A program made the translations under genes and the position numbers. This document shows, piece by piece, positions 40,854-62,370 of a stretch of 64,000 bases of DNA. The number at the start of each line of letters is the position of its first letter. Within the stretch, counting starts at the first letter, position 1. The notes beneath the pieces were generated by a model, which was not told where the DNA came from, ran no database searches, and saw only the letters and a program-made list of their open reading frames with translations. Source of the DNA: Trichoplax sp. H2 (Eukaryota); contig NOWV01000010.1 in assembly GCA_003344405.1 (NCBI GenBank), positions 868,001-932,000 of the forward strand. The letters run 5' to 3'.

Positions 40854-43800
40854 TTTTGGATCGTATTTCGCTTTGGAGATAGCATCAATCTTCATTTTAC
40901 TGTATCCTTGATTGCAACGTATGCCATCAAGTATCATGACTGCATTTTGGTGGATTGTTATTGGATAGTTTGTTTTGTAATGGCAACAATCCTAGCTCAA
41001 GAACTTGTATAGTCTACACGTAGTGAGTTATCTTGGTTTTTGATGCCGTATTCTATCGTCGAACGGAATTATCTCCTTTCGCAGTATACATCTCTATGCC
41101 TCAAGGGGAACAAGTTTGGACTAATTTGCTTCAAGACAGGTTACCCATATTATTATTTTTATCCCAATTTACTGTCCAGTCCGAAGATAAAATCAAGCAT
41201 CAATGTCACTATACCACATCGATAAGATGGATCTATCCGTCACTTTGATTCAATACTTGTAGAAGCGACACATGTAGTAGTAGTCATCACGACGATATGA
41301 CAAACGTTGATTAATGGATGAATTACTATTTTACTAATTTACAATTGTCCAATAATGCCCATCAGTAAGCAATGAATGGACAATATCCAGTCACTCGATA
41401 AACTATGCATCTTATTTTAAAAGGTCCTGTAATACGTAGGCCATGTCCAGTCGAAATTGTAATCCAATTTATTAAAGTACTGGTTATGTTGGACAATTGG
41501 GGCAAATTACAACTGAGAATGAACTAGGAGCAAGAGTACTGTACTACAGGATCGACTCATTAGCATGCTATTGAATTGTACGCCGGATAATAGATACGCC
41601 CTTCACTAAAAATGACTAGCCAGAGTCTTGCTACTTGTCTAGACTTTCTTGTTCATTTATTACATTAATAATAGTTATGAATTACTTGCTTGTATAGCAC
41701 TGATATGCAACCTAGAAAGATCTTGATATTCTGTAGCTTACAATACGGGCATTCATTAATAAAGTCATGCACTCTACTTGACAAGGATTGGTAATACGGC
41801 AGGTACTCTTCTTAAGTACTGTACATGAACAGAAAACGTGTCTTTTAGCCTAATAACGATATCAAATTGAAAGAATTCAATCGATTCATCAATTCACCAA
41901 TTAACATAATTTAATTTGATAGAATACATTCGTCCATATTCCCGAATTTTTTTTCTTGATAATATCATCCGTATTTAGACTATTCTCTCAAAAAGACTAA
42001 TGAATGAATGACTTTTAATTTCATTGACACGTGTTAACTTGTCATTATTTATAATTATTGGAAACTTCCAATTTCTCTCTTGCAACTATAAAACAATATT
42101 GTATTCCTTTGCTAGTCAATCATAAGGATTACTAATGATCGTAATGATTATCACTCAGATGAGTAAAAAAATGAACAAATTGAACTGATGAAATCTTGCA
42201 AATTGATGCTACACGAGCTACTATGAAAAATTGACAGGCATGACAACAGAATCTGCCCATCAGAACCTTTTTTCTTTCTTCTATCGACTCTGTGGTGTAC
42301 AGTACAATCAAAATTGGTAGAGATTCCATATAGATTCTGTTCAGATGGTTGTTTATAACAATATAAAACAGATTAAATGCTATAGTGTAATTGAGCTATC
42401 CAACGCTACATATACTCGTATATCCACTACACCTAATAATAATGATATAATGAGACACGGAAGCTTTTAAGATGTATTGGCACTTCAGAATTGGTCTATT
42501 TCTACAAACAATGCAAGGTCTAAATGGCCACTGTTGTTTTCAATGTGAATAATAATTACGACATAGTTCGAGCTCAAAAAATCCATTTCAACAAGCAATA
42601 CAACAGATGGAATAATCGAAGTCATCTTTGTTTATCAGTGTGAAGACTTGAAAAATATTATCTTTATTTAGTTTATGTTAGGATTATTTGGTTGTAATAA
42701 ACATCCGTTAGTAAGGTCAGTCCGTCTCCAATACTAAGGCTAGTCAATATTAATTAAGAAGAAGAAGAAATAAAAATAATTTCTATCATCGCAGCAGTAT
42801 TGACATGACAGATAGACGAACAGTTAATCGGCCATTGAAATATCCTGCCACGCGTACAATCAACTCCGTTCTAAATCATAAAATCTCGCCATCAAAATGG
42901 AAAGAGCTATTGTTAATCTGTATGGAATATGGTATTAAGTGTAAAACCATTCTAGAAAGATTGGCCACATCTGGTGATAAATCGATCTTTACAATTTTTA
43001 ATACCACATCACAACTACATCAATATACACAATAACTGCATGTTTGCTCAGCTAGCCCTAAAATCGCGACTTATTTTTATTCGTTTATTGTTATTTTTAT
43101 TTTTTATTACAAAATAATGAGAGAATACCGAAATTGGTGAAACATCCTTAATAAAGAGATCTTTCAATCAATGACTGCCATAGTACCGTACGCATGATCC
43201 AGGATATCACATGAATCCTTATTTACCCTGGGATAAAAATAAAATAATCAAAGAGACACGTAATCATCGTAGCCATGTGTCCTACTTAGTTTATCAATAG
43301 TAATCTACTATCAAACAAATTCAATCCGCTAATAATAGCTAAAGATATACCCTAACATCCTATACTTACAAACAAAGTATACGCTGCATACGTACCAGTA
43401 TATATATATATGTTGCATAGACGTTTGTATATCACTCTTTCATTAAAATCCATCAAAAAATTGAAAACAATCGAGTAAGCATCGCGAATGTTAAGGTATG
43501 ACACGATTCTTCTCGTTATCTTCTAGTTCAATTACTTCGATGCTTGCTTAAAAAAATTCGGATGTAGGTATTTTCTAATATACAACCTCAGTTGATACGA
43601 TGTTTATCGATATCAAAATATCATCAATTAGGGCAAGCAATATATTCGTACTATTTTACGCTATGGATATGATGAATCTTCTGTCCAAAAAATTTTAGCT
43701 CAGATTTTCTAGTTTTAGAAATATCAGTGTTGTTCAATTCAATACTGAATATTATTATATTATACATGCAGCATGTTCTTGAACGGGTTAAAGTGAAGCA

Positions 43801-44073
43801 TGTCATCTTGATAGTGATCTGGTATTGCAAAAGATATGACAAGACCTTGTTTAATACCTTCTTGTTCGTATTTTTACCATTTGATTATATTTAGTAAAAA
43901 TTGTCGAAATATTCATCTTAATTAATATTCTGTAGTATCCTTGATTTTTTGCCATAAAGTAGCATCCATTATAATTATCTTCCAATTTTATTATTATGTG
44001 CGTTATGTTTTCACTAAAATATAGTTTTTCTATTTTTTATACTAACAAAACTATGCAATTCTGATTTGATTAA

Positions 44074-47870
<3,797 letters not shown>

Positions 47871-50573
47871 GCTATTATGGCTATGTCATGGCAGTCTTTG
47901 ATCCATCTCACTATCACTGCGTTATCATTACTTTAGCATTGATAATAAAATATACAGTACTCTATAGCGAAGACATATATGCGTATATTAATTAGAATTG
48001 TATAATCAAATAATTATTTAACGTAATAAACAAAAATACTATAGGAAATATTTTAATGCAGTTGATTATTTTTACTAGAATATATCTTACTGTTTCGATA
48101 TGACCCTAATATGATACGAATAGCATTTATTTTAATTGTTCAAGTTTAAATCGCATTTAGCTGAATGATTACATTTTTAATGCAAGCGATTGTTATCGAA
48201 TCTGATTTAGTTTAGATAATCCATTTTAAAATATATATATATATATTAAAAGCTTTACCTATCTGAAGGGTAAAAGGTATACAACAAATTATCTGAAGCA
48301 TGCGATATTGTACCAAATATATCCTGAACGTCATATTCGCTATGAAATTTATATAATAGTAACGTCAATGTTACGCTTCATTTACCATCATTAATATCCA
48401 TGTAACTATTTAACTAACCACTAATCGGATTTGCACACTTGGTTGTGCATTGCGATAATAAAGTACATTATCGTAGCAAGACCATATTCAAACTTATTTC
48501 CAACTTCTGTTTTAATTATATTATATCTAATTTTGTCAATATCGATCAAATTGCTGAATATTTTTTATTGACAATATTTACGTATAAGGTTGCTCTAACT
48601 AATCAATAAAATAACTGGTGGCTAAAACATTAAAAAGAAAAATGAGTAGATTCTGTTAGTGTAAGTTCTTATTTATAAGAATACACGTATATGGCACAAC
48701 TTTGCATACCTAGTTGGTGGGTATCCATTGCTGTATATGATACTCCGATTCAGTTACTGTATTTATTACTGAAGTATTAGCGTTCAACTTGTATCATGAC
48801 CAATTGATCATGGCCTCCAGACCACATTAACCATTGAATCGAAGCTAGTGATGAAGGACACTCTGTGTATCTACAATCTACATCATCTTAACGAGCTTTA
48901 ACGTGCAATTTTTATTCATTAACGATTCAGTACGTGATAATACAGATTAAGATTATTGTACTATTGTAGCCTTTAGTAGATTTTATAACGAATATCCGCA
49001 TGCACAGTGTAGGGATGTCCTCATAAAGTGTGGGCACTTACGAAGATATTTTAACACTACATCATAGTTTACTGCCCTAAGTACAGAATAATTAATTATA
49101 ATGATCTGTAGGATGGAAACAGTTGCTGAATTGCATATATTAAAAACTTAGAAAGTACAGTGTCGCTTCCAATTAAGTGCTATGTATACTGAGTGCAATA
49201 CCGCAAAAGGAGAGATAAAAAGGTACTTTTTATTCCTCATTTAAGAGATTACAAAAGCAATAAGGATCTAAACACAGTAACATAATATAATTTATAAGGA
49301 TCTTCACTACTGGTTATCCACAGCAAGTGTTGTATGCCATTTGCAAGGCTACAACCTCAAGCAAAAAATACGCCAGGCATGGCACCCTTCCTATAAGATT
49401 GCATGAAGATCAAACAGTTAGTGATCCTGCTCGAAGGTATGAAAATGACTTCAGGCTATACAATACTACTTTACAGTCTATAATTAAAAGAATGAGAGCT
49501 ATCATTATTGTTTTTATTAAAGGGGTACAAGGCTTTCGTTCTGTTAAGGCGGATGAAGTCCCATTCCCAAATGGAAATACATAACTACGGAGGTAATTTT
49601 CAATTATAATTAAAAGAATCATTCATTTACTATATACTGTAGTATGTATGACAGTAGATTGGTGGCTATGATTACAATAGTTTCTGAAAAATGCCTACCC
49701 AAAGTGCAAGAGTACTAGCGTATCATCAATATCATAATCGTAAACATTGAACAATTTGTCACAGGAGGAGATATTTCCATTAGAGACTACAGTATATCGT
49801 ATGCAACTGTGGGTAAAACTTTTACTACAATTATATCGTAATTACAGGCCATAGCTTACTAGACTTACTCAGTTAAGTTTAGTAATCCAAGAAGACCATA
49901 ATTAAACACTGGGTATTGAAGATGACTTTACAACTGAATGGAACCAAAATGTGTTGAAGCAGTAGGAAAATATTCTATACAGATGGACAGTTGTCTTACT
50001 GAATAATTAATTAATTATCGAGCAAGGAAAATCAAGGCATAGGGAAATGCGATGATCTTCAAATGAAGATGACGATCATTTGCTAATCATTTAAAGCGAC
50101 GTAGCAAGTACAAATTTGCTTGTTGCCTTGCTTCAATAAAGTTGAAGTGTCTACAGTACTGTATGCTGTATTGGATAAAGTAGTTTTACAGGAGACTGGA
50201 TAAACAAGGTGGTGCGCTGCACACTCGTCCTGTACATTGAGTAAAAGTTGACTGTTGTGTTTAGTTGTTTTCGTACTAAAAAGACATTTGTTGTATAGTA
50301 AAGCCAGTATAATTTTAATAATGATATAGATCCAATTTTTAGTATAGTATGGAAATATTAAGGCGTTGGTGCCAACAGTATCTTATTATGCTGAAAAAGA
50401 TCCATTTGGCTGTTGCTCTCTCTATACACTGTACTAAACCGCTCCACGAATAGTGTATTTTGTATGCAGACGTCTTGCATCTGTTGACTAAACTACAAGT
50501 TATCTGCCGTATGTAGTCAAATAACAACTTACCTAGTAATTTTAAGCCGAACTGACGATAAAACGAATTAGTT

Positions 50574-50780
50574 TTAAGCATCTCTTTCTTTCTCCAACTT
50601 TAATGCTTCATCATTAGCATTGTAATTCTTATAAAAATTTTCGTAATTCCTAATTCTTGGCACTTGCACCGTATAACGGAAAACAAGTCCGCCAACCAGT
50701 CCAACTCCAATAGCGACAAATATGTCACGAAGGACTTCCGTTCGGAATAGATAACGAAGTTGTGGCTTGGCTGCTGACAT
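50574..50780 (-). CDS. COX6C: Cytochrome c oxidase subunit 6C; single coding exon with a probable 5'UTR intron at about 50783-50873
   Basis: 68 aa: KPQLR..L, one TM segment (IFVAIGVGLVGGLVF), then PR..YENFYKNYN, matching the COX6C pattern. Acceptor TTTGCAG lies 2 nt before the ATG. Confidence 0.85.
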   Translation of the reverse strand: MSAAKPQLRYLFRTEVLRDIFVAIGVGLVGGLVFRYTVQVPRIRNYENFYKNYNANDEALKLEKERDA

Positions 50781-50954
50781 AGCTGCAAAATATCAATAGA
50801 ATAAAAGTCAAGATTAGTGTCCTGTATTGAAACTTTGACACCATATAATCCATGTAATATTGCTATACTGACTTGTTTTTACCGATGCCGATTTGATATC
50901 TGAAGAAGAAAAAACAGTATGGCGGTTGCAAGTTAATCGAACGCGATTGGAGCC

Positions 50955-51200
50955 GTAACAGTACAGTACGCTATTAAGCTTGTCCTGTGGCTACAGTGTA
51001 CAGTACATTGGGTTGTACAAGTACTGTACACTGTAGACAATTTTCACAATAGATTGTCACGTGTCTCATCGAGGGTCTCTACTGTACTGTACTGTACTGT
51101 ACAGTGTACAGTACTGTAGGCAATGAACTACTGTACTGTACTGTACTGTACTGTACAAGAAGAAGACCCGGACCGGACTGATCACTGCCTCAGGCGGACG
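50955..51200. repeat. ACTGT pentamer arrays plus GGAC motifs upstream of COX6C
   Basis: TACTGTACTGTACTGTACTGTACAGTGTACAGTACTG, (TACTG)5, CCGGACCGGAC, GGCGGACGGAC. Confidence 0.85.
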
Positions 51201-52226
51201 GACATTTTGCCCAAATGTGGAGAAATGACTACGGTACTTAGCAATGCTAAAGGACCTTCCATGTCTGCTTTTTCTAAATCGCTGATATTAATTTAAAGAA
51301 CATTTATGATCTTATATAACTGTTTCCAAGCAGATAGTAACAGGTAATAAAGATTCAATGTAATATTGCTTAATTGAGAAAAATCAGTCCATTCAGCACT
51401 GTACTGTACAGTATTTTGACAGCCCAGCTCGATTTTGTCAGCAGATGCAAATAGGACGGCATACTGTATGTACAGTAATATATAATAATAATATGACTGC
51501 ACTTTACTGTACACTGTAATAATAATTTTGATATATTCAGGTTTCAAGCAGAACTTTGTTTGGATTCAGTGGAATATTACTTAATTTAGAAAAGTATGCA
51601 AATTATGGAATCGAGCATCGGCAAACTGACGCAATACTCGTAACTAATAACTTACAGTACTGTATTGCGTACAGTTAGAATCTCTTACTGTTAGGCTTTT
51701 CTTATACTGTAGCTCAGATTTTCATCAGGTGCAATTATGCAAAACACATTCACATATTAAAAGACGAGTACACAACAGTATTCATTTGCGTTTAATTCAT
51801 AAAAATGTTTAATATTAGAATATAATTCGATCGCTATTAATACAGTTTCAGAAAATGCAAATTAATACTAAATGGCAGCAGGGCACATTTTAAGGAAATA
51901 CTCCTACAATACGAATATGACGGTGATAACCTATAATGTATATTGCAATTAGAATTGACATATACAGTACATGGAGAACAGGTTTATAGTCCAGTGAATA
52001 GTGCCGTGATAGATCAGATAGAAATATAATTTGACCCAATCTGCAGTATATTGATGTCTATCGAAATCATTCATAGATCGTTATAAAACAGAATTTTAAG
52101 AAAATAGCTCTCATTACTTAAAAATATAAAATTAACTAATTAATCCATTTGAACTGAATTCGAAAAGATTTAAAAAATAATTTTGCTTCAAGGAATGGTC
52201 AAGTACTCAAAGCAGTTTGAAACCTT

Positions 52227-55480
<3,254 letters not shown>

Positions 55481-56684
55481 TCAGGAAGAATCTGACTAAG
55501 TTACGATTCTCACGTTATTTTAATACCTCTAATTTTGACCCCTAGCTAAAAGCTCATTCAGTACAGTACCTGTGGATACCAAATGTGCGCCATAGTGACA
55601 GTGATTGATACAACAGCCTCAGCAGACGAGGACGGGAGGAATGCAAATGCAAATGCAAATGTCGGATTATGACGTCAAAAGTTCACCTTTGACACTGCAT
55701 CTGAATAGCACTTCAGAACCTACTCTCTACAGTACAGTACTGTTCAACAGGCGTAAATCTAGGTCTATTTATTATGCAAACTGCACCGCATCAAAAAGAA
55801 CCTCTTGACAATGCTCTCCCCTCCCAAAATTTCCACGAATTTTCAGCCATGCTGTAAAGAGAACTGGCTCCCACACGTACAGTGCTGTGCATACATACTG
55901 TACTACATACCAGTGCCCATTACACAGTACCCTAATGTAAAAGTAAACAGTACATAGATTTTCGGAAGCATGGTACGGTGAGCCAAAAGGACCCCAAATT
56001 TGGGCTACTGCTGCATGGACACTGAGAACTCCCTATGCTTCGGATACGGAATAATGTACAGTACTGTACACTCGAAATAGAAGGTCTCTAGTACTGTGTA
56101 CAGTACAGTACACGATGGATTACAATACTGTACAGTACAGTGTACAACAGTCATTCGATCATGTGCATTCAGCACAGATATGCAGTTAGCAGTCAATAAT
56201 AATTATAATCAATTATAATCAAGACTGTATAATCAGTTTTATTGATGTATGTGTTATGGCCAGGTGGATTGGCTACTAATCCGTATTCAGAACTGCACTC
56301 CACTGCATTGATTATTTTTCAACGACATTAAATCCTCATTATTATGAATATCGTAATCTATGAAAATTTCAAGATTTTTTCAAATTGACAGTGTTGTAAT
56401 ATCCAAAAAATACAGCGACGAAAGTACTATAAATATGCATAATTAATCATTACTTGAATGCATATTAATCAATTAATTACTTATTATCTCTTTATATATT
56501 GTACTGTACGTGTATTGCCATTAATTACTGTAGTAATCATAGAGATATAACATTTTAGGTTTTTTCTATGGTAACAATTATAATAATATCAGTATCATCT
56601 CATATACATCGTATAATGCACAGTACAATACTACATTAATACTGAGATTATATCTTACAGTATATACTGTAGTATACACTTTAA

Positions 56685-59600
56685 CTACGATATGATTACC
56701 CGGCTTTGTAGATGAGAATGAAGCGGCTTCACCCTTTGCTTACGCGATAATCCTAATCGAAGGGGTTTTGAAGACTGCCAAGGACGAAGTTTTGCTATAT
56801 CATTTTGCTTATTCTCAATTATGCCTATTAAAAATCATTATTGTTATACTGTGATGAGAGATTCAGTTTGTCGATTTTAAGTAAAGAAAACGTAAAATTA
56901 CAGGACTGTTCACATATTTAATTATATTACAATACATGTAGATGTAATTATACAATACATATATATATATACTCGTATAGCACCTTGTTGCGAGGAATGA
57001 AGGAAAGTTGGGGTTGCTCCTGGCGCCTAATAATATAGTTATTAAATCCAGAAGTGATTTCAGTACGTCATTGACCATTCAGCAATCACAGCAATGATGC
57101 GCAATTTTATTGCAAAATTTTGAAATATAACGTTACTATTATGTTTTAGAATTGATTTTACAGTAATCTATTTCATACGCATTTATAGTAAAGTACCTCT
57201 TTTATATTGGATACGGAGGTACAAAGGTCTGAGGAGCTACTTAATCGCAGGGTTGATAAGTGATCAGTTGTAGACTGATAGTTGAAATACTTCTCAGGAT
57301 TTGTCAAGTCAGGAGTTTCACTCATAGGATTCAACTTACGAGTAGAAATTTTCTGTTTACTCATATCAGAAATATAACTGTATTGAACATCCTCAATTTC
57401 ACTGACATAATCAGCATCACTATCAGCACCATCACTATCGATATTGCTATCATAAACTTTTCGACGTTTATTGTCATAATTACTGTTTTCATTTTCGTAA
57501 CCACTATCGGATTCACTGTATTGACTTAATTCCGAATTATAGCTTATTTCGTGATTGCTATCTAACGAACTGTCTTCTGACGCTTCATCGTAATCGGTTA
57601 AGATTGACGGAATTGATGACTTTAAGCAAATATTCGGTTGAATGCTGTTTGTAACGCTCTCAGGGATACCATTACCTGATTGGAGTGTGATTAAATTGTT
57701 GGTGAAACTTTGATACGTATCCGGACGTAGTTCGTTAATTTCGTAATCAATTTTTTTATCTCTGTCATCTGCCTCAGTCCATTGACCCAAGAAACTAGGC
57801 GGCATTTCAAATGTCTTAGCCTTGTGTTCAAGAAGATATTCATCATCATTTTTCGAGCGTGCAGCGGCTTGTTTATTGCGATTGCCACAAGGCGCAAGGC
57901 TGTAAATTTTATTAATAATTTTGGTATTAATTTTAAATTTAGGATTAATTTGAGCATTTACTTTCAAAATTGCCAAACAATGACCAAGATGGCAGTATTG
58001 GATAATTTTATCGACATGACCATAGCATGTAGTGAAGAATTCTCTCTTTAAGTCCTGTACTAGTAGACGAGTAAATATCTCGCTCGATGCGTATCGATTG
58101 TTCGCCTCTGCTTCATAAGTGAAATTCATAGAGCAACTAAAATGATGGTCCTTTACTCTACTATCTGCTACCGATCGTGTATCTAATGTACGATTTAAAA
58201 ATTGATTAATGTTAGTCACTATCAGTAATATGATACAATAAATCTACTATGTTATCAGCACATCCTAGTATTTTGCTGCAAAGAAGTTGAAGCAACATTT
58301 ACCAGCTGTGCTTAATTTCAGCTTCTTGTGATGAGAGCTAGGATGAGTGGCGAAGAGGCTAGCATTATCAACTTGTTTTCTTTTATGATTTAAGCAAGCA
58401 AACGTCGGACTGATTGTAGATTGATCAATGTAATCCTTTAAGTGATGTGTTATACTGGTAGCTCGATAATAGTTGGTTATCAGAGTACAGAGTAAATATA
58501 GTATCTTATCGTGATTCCATGTGTTAGTTGAGTTGGTTGGATATATATCATAGTTAGCACCATAAGAAGTAATCCAAATGTTAATCTTCTCTAGATTTAA
58601 CCCACTGACTGTGTTTTGATATGTTGCAGTGATGACTTTATACTGCAAGAGATAATCATTAAATCTTTTAAATACAACATATTCAAAGTGACTTAGTTCT
58701 TGGAATGAAGCAGGAAGTAATACATGTCCGACATCGGAGAACTTATCATCCGGGACACTCCTCAGAGACTTCAAGGGATAATCTAGGCACTCCATAAAGG
58801 CTCTTGAGGAGCAATACATCCTCCTGTCGCTACTGAATCTTATAATTTCAGAATTAGATGCATTTATTATTGACTGTGGAAGACTGAAACTGAGTTTGGT
58901 AGTAATAAACCGAAAAGGCCCATGATTATAACCGGCTTTAGTGAATGAGTTCTTTAGTTTAATAGCTATACAGGTTTTTGTTAATATCCGAGATTTTGTT
59001 CGTTTTTGCATAATCATAAAATGCTTGACGATATCTTTGCTACTGTTTCCATTGCGTCGTGCTATTGGTCTCATATTTTGGTGCTTATCAGATAGCGGTA
59101 TAAGAGTTCTCATGCGTCTTAAACGAGCTTGATTCTTTGGATGCCATGCGAGTAGTATCTTACTTTTGAGATAGAGGCTGATATTTTCCCTTGAACTCTT
59201 GATGGTTACCAATACATTCGTTTGTAGAGTCTTCTTGCACCTTAAAAGAAAACAATTTACAACATGGTCATCAATTTAATAAAAGGGTTTAAAATAATGA
59301 TGTTATAATTACAACATAATGTATGCTGTACTTATCATCCGAAAGTGTAGCTACGCGACTTATTCCATTTCTTGATAGACATAAACTTATACTTAATAAA
59401 TCTCTCAACGGATTCCATAGGATATCATGTCGAATTCCTAATTTTATTAGTAAAAATTTTGAAGGATTTCTATATGATAAATAACTAAAGGTGGACTATA
59501 CCACAAAAAGTTAACATTTTATCTGAATCTTTCAAAACAGTTATCAATATACCTCTGATTTAAAAGCAACTTGAAATTAATAGAAGCATATGCTAGATGT

Positions 59601-59786
59601 CTATTTACCGTTAATAATAACAGTCCCATCTGATGAAAACTGATGATTCCAACAAATTTTCTTAGAATTGCTGGATATAATGCTGAGCTCTTTCTTCGTA
59701 TTATTATTTGCGTTACAAATGGAATTATCGGGTAGATTATCTAATAAAAGATGTCCAAATCTTTTAATCCAACTGTTATGTAATGG
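56685..59786 (-). CDS. Multi-exon protein of at least 808 aa with a C-terminal RAD51-interaction-type motif (RAD51AP1/RAD51AP2-like); exons 59786-59609, 59437-59332, 59240-58303, 58218-57197, 57026-56984, 56824-56685; start codon not located
   Basis: Six exons join in frame across GT-AG introns (phases 1,2,1,0,1) and link the 315-aa and 348-aa ORFs. Acidic Ser/Asp-rich region; last exon GIIENKQNDIAKLRPWQSSKPLRLGLSRKQRVKPLHSHLQSRVIIS*. Confidence 0.72.
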
Positions 59787-60844
59787 CTAAATTAAAATAT
59801 ATTAGAATATTATATGCACATATAACTTTCATCTACATATTGGATCTCATAAATGGCCTAGCTATTGCTGAAGAATGGGTTTAGGAATTAGGAAGGTGGA
59901 GGTCAAAATCTTGAGATAATAAATACTGCACTAATGTCACGATCAGGTGAAATCAGTAAGCCTAAAACTTGTTTAATTCTGTATATGCAGTTTGGCTCAT
60001 CATGGTACGTACTAGTACAAATTTTAAGAGACTATTCAAAATTGAAACTTTATAAACGAAGAATTTTCATTGAATTTATTATTAAGATACGGTCTAAAAT
60101 TGTATGTGTACCAAGTGTTGCTATTTTGAAGATACGATTTAGATTGGAGCTATTCATATAAGAAGTTTCCCTGTATTGCTGACGGTACAACTTAAATTGT
60201 GTATACACAGAGGTAATTCGTTAGGATCCGTGATTACCATTAAATGATCAGTTGTATTCTCACGAACAGGATTGAATTCATTCAAGTTTAAACTAATTAT
60301 TCCGATATCTTATAGTGATTCTTTTGATGAGCTAAATATAATATGCTATCAAATAATATGATGACTAAAATAACTGAAAAATTATAATTATATAATCAAT
60401 AAATCGACATTTAAATCTTTAGAGCCCACCTGTTATCTGACCTTCAATATTACTTTCCGTAGCGACAAGTATCAAAACTCGTATCCTTTTATTAGAGTAG
60501 GAATAGGAATAGGAATATCCACTAGAAAAAATGTATTATTTCAAGATATTTTACTTTCTTTAATTTAAAGTTAAGCTATTTAAGATCATTTTATAAAGTT
60601 TTAAGTACATTTTCACTGTTGAATATATTTTAAATATCGATTAAACGTTTATTCTAGGCTATCGAAGATAATTTGCCATAATTACTCCATAACCACTAAG
60701 CAAAATTATTGACGAAGTAGAATTTTGCAATTTTGATCTTGATATTCTATATAAAATTGCCACTATTATTACATAATAGTCTGCTATACCTTATGTTCTT
60801 AATGGATTTCATGATACTTGGTCGTTTTTTCTTTTCTTGTCTTT

Positions 60845-61464
60845 GAAAATATGAGTTCTGGTTGAGAATTAAAAATTCTTCACTGTAAGTTGAAAATTTT
60901 CACTGGTCTTTCTTGCATCCGTAGAAAATTTTCTTTGAGTTATTATAGTCTTGTCCAAAATTTTTCATTTCAACGTGATGCGATTCAATTCCTGAGGTGA
61001 AATAACTGCGACTGTAGGACATGGCGAATGAATCATAGCAGTCGTTGTGATGTTGATCACGTTCTACAGCACCACGATTTACCACGCAGTCGCTAACTAC
61101 GACGACAATTTTAATCATGCTATGCTGAATGATCTGCTATGTCATTTAAAGATAGATTTACTCGGTTTCCTCGAAAATATAAGTTCTGGTTGGAAATTAA
61201 AAATTCTTCACTGTAAGTTGAAAATTTTCTCTGAGTTATTATAGTCTTGTCCCAAATTTTTCATTTCAACGTGATGCGATTCAATTCCTGAGGTGAAACA
61301 ACTGCGACTGTAGGACATGGCGAATGAATCATAGCAGTCGTTGTGATATTGATCACGTTCTACAGTACCACGATTTACCACGCAGTCGCTAACTACGACG
61401 ACAATTTTAATCATGCTATGCTGAATGATCTGCTATGTAATTTAAGGATAGATTTACTCGGTTT
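60845..61464. repeat. Recent direct tandem duplication (60845-61168 and 61173-61464)
   Basis: Near-identical copies offset by 328 bp at the start and 296 bp at the end. Copy 1 has 32 extra bp bounded by a repeated GAAAATTTTC. Confidence 0.93.
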
Positions 61465-62370
61465 AAATACTGAATTATTCTATTTGCTGATAGTATGATT
61501 ATATAGAATCGTCTGCTTTAAATGCATATGCTATAATGATCTGTTCTGTAATTAATTTTTAAGACGGATTTACCCAGTTCGCATTCTAGATTATTATGTT
61601 TGTTGTAGCATGTATAGGACATTGATTTTAAGAATAACATACTGAAATGATCTACTATGTGGTTTTTAGAATAAATTGACTAGTTTACATTCTGAGTAAT
61701 TACCAGTATTAATAGCACAATTATAGGATTGTTGGTTTTAAAGTGCTATACTGCAATGATCTGCGATGTAATTTTAGGATAGATTTATTGCGTTGCCGAT
61801 AGCAATTATATGATTATCGATTTCAATAAAGCACGCTGAAGCTATCTACTGTACTATGTGATTTTAGAATACATTTACTACTTCACACGCTGAGCTATTA
61901 CCTGTACCAATAGCACGATGATAGTATCGCTAACTTTAAACTTATATGCTAAAATGATCTGTTATAGAAATTTAGGATAGGTTTACTTACTTCACACACT
62001 GAATTATTATATTTATCGATGATACAATGATAGGATTATCCATTTTAAATTGAAATACTAAAATGATCTGCTGTATAATTTAAGGATAGATTTCCTCGAT
62101 TCGTAAACCATATCATTATTTTGATCCATAATATGATACAGGATTGTTGATTTTGCAATGACACACTAAAGTAACATACAGTACTATGTAATTTTTAGAA
62201 TGGATTTTACTTAATTCACTTATTAGATTATTACGTTTACCTATAACATGATTATGGAACTGTCGATTTTAAAGTAGCATGTCAAAATATTGTACTATGC
62301 AAAGTTTTAACCTAAGCGTAGGCAGCTTATATAACTGAATCATTACATTTTTGGATAGTATGATTTTTAG
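61425..62370. repeat. Degenerate tandem array of ~105-110 bp units
   Basis: ATGATCT(G)CT(A)TGTAATTT(T)AGGATAGATTTAC-like anchor at about 61426, 61536, 61647, 61756, 61850, 61954, 62063 and 62180. Confidence 0.8.

Noticed and set aside
60900-61414. Two similar minus-strand ORFs (MIKIVVVVSDCVVNRG...) as a gene pair
   Set aside because: The similarity is explained by the 328-bp DNA duplication; no family or splice support.
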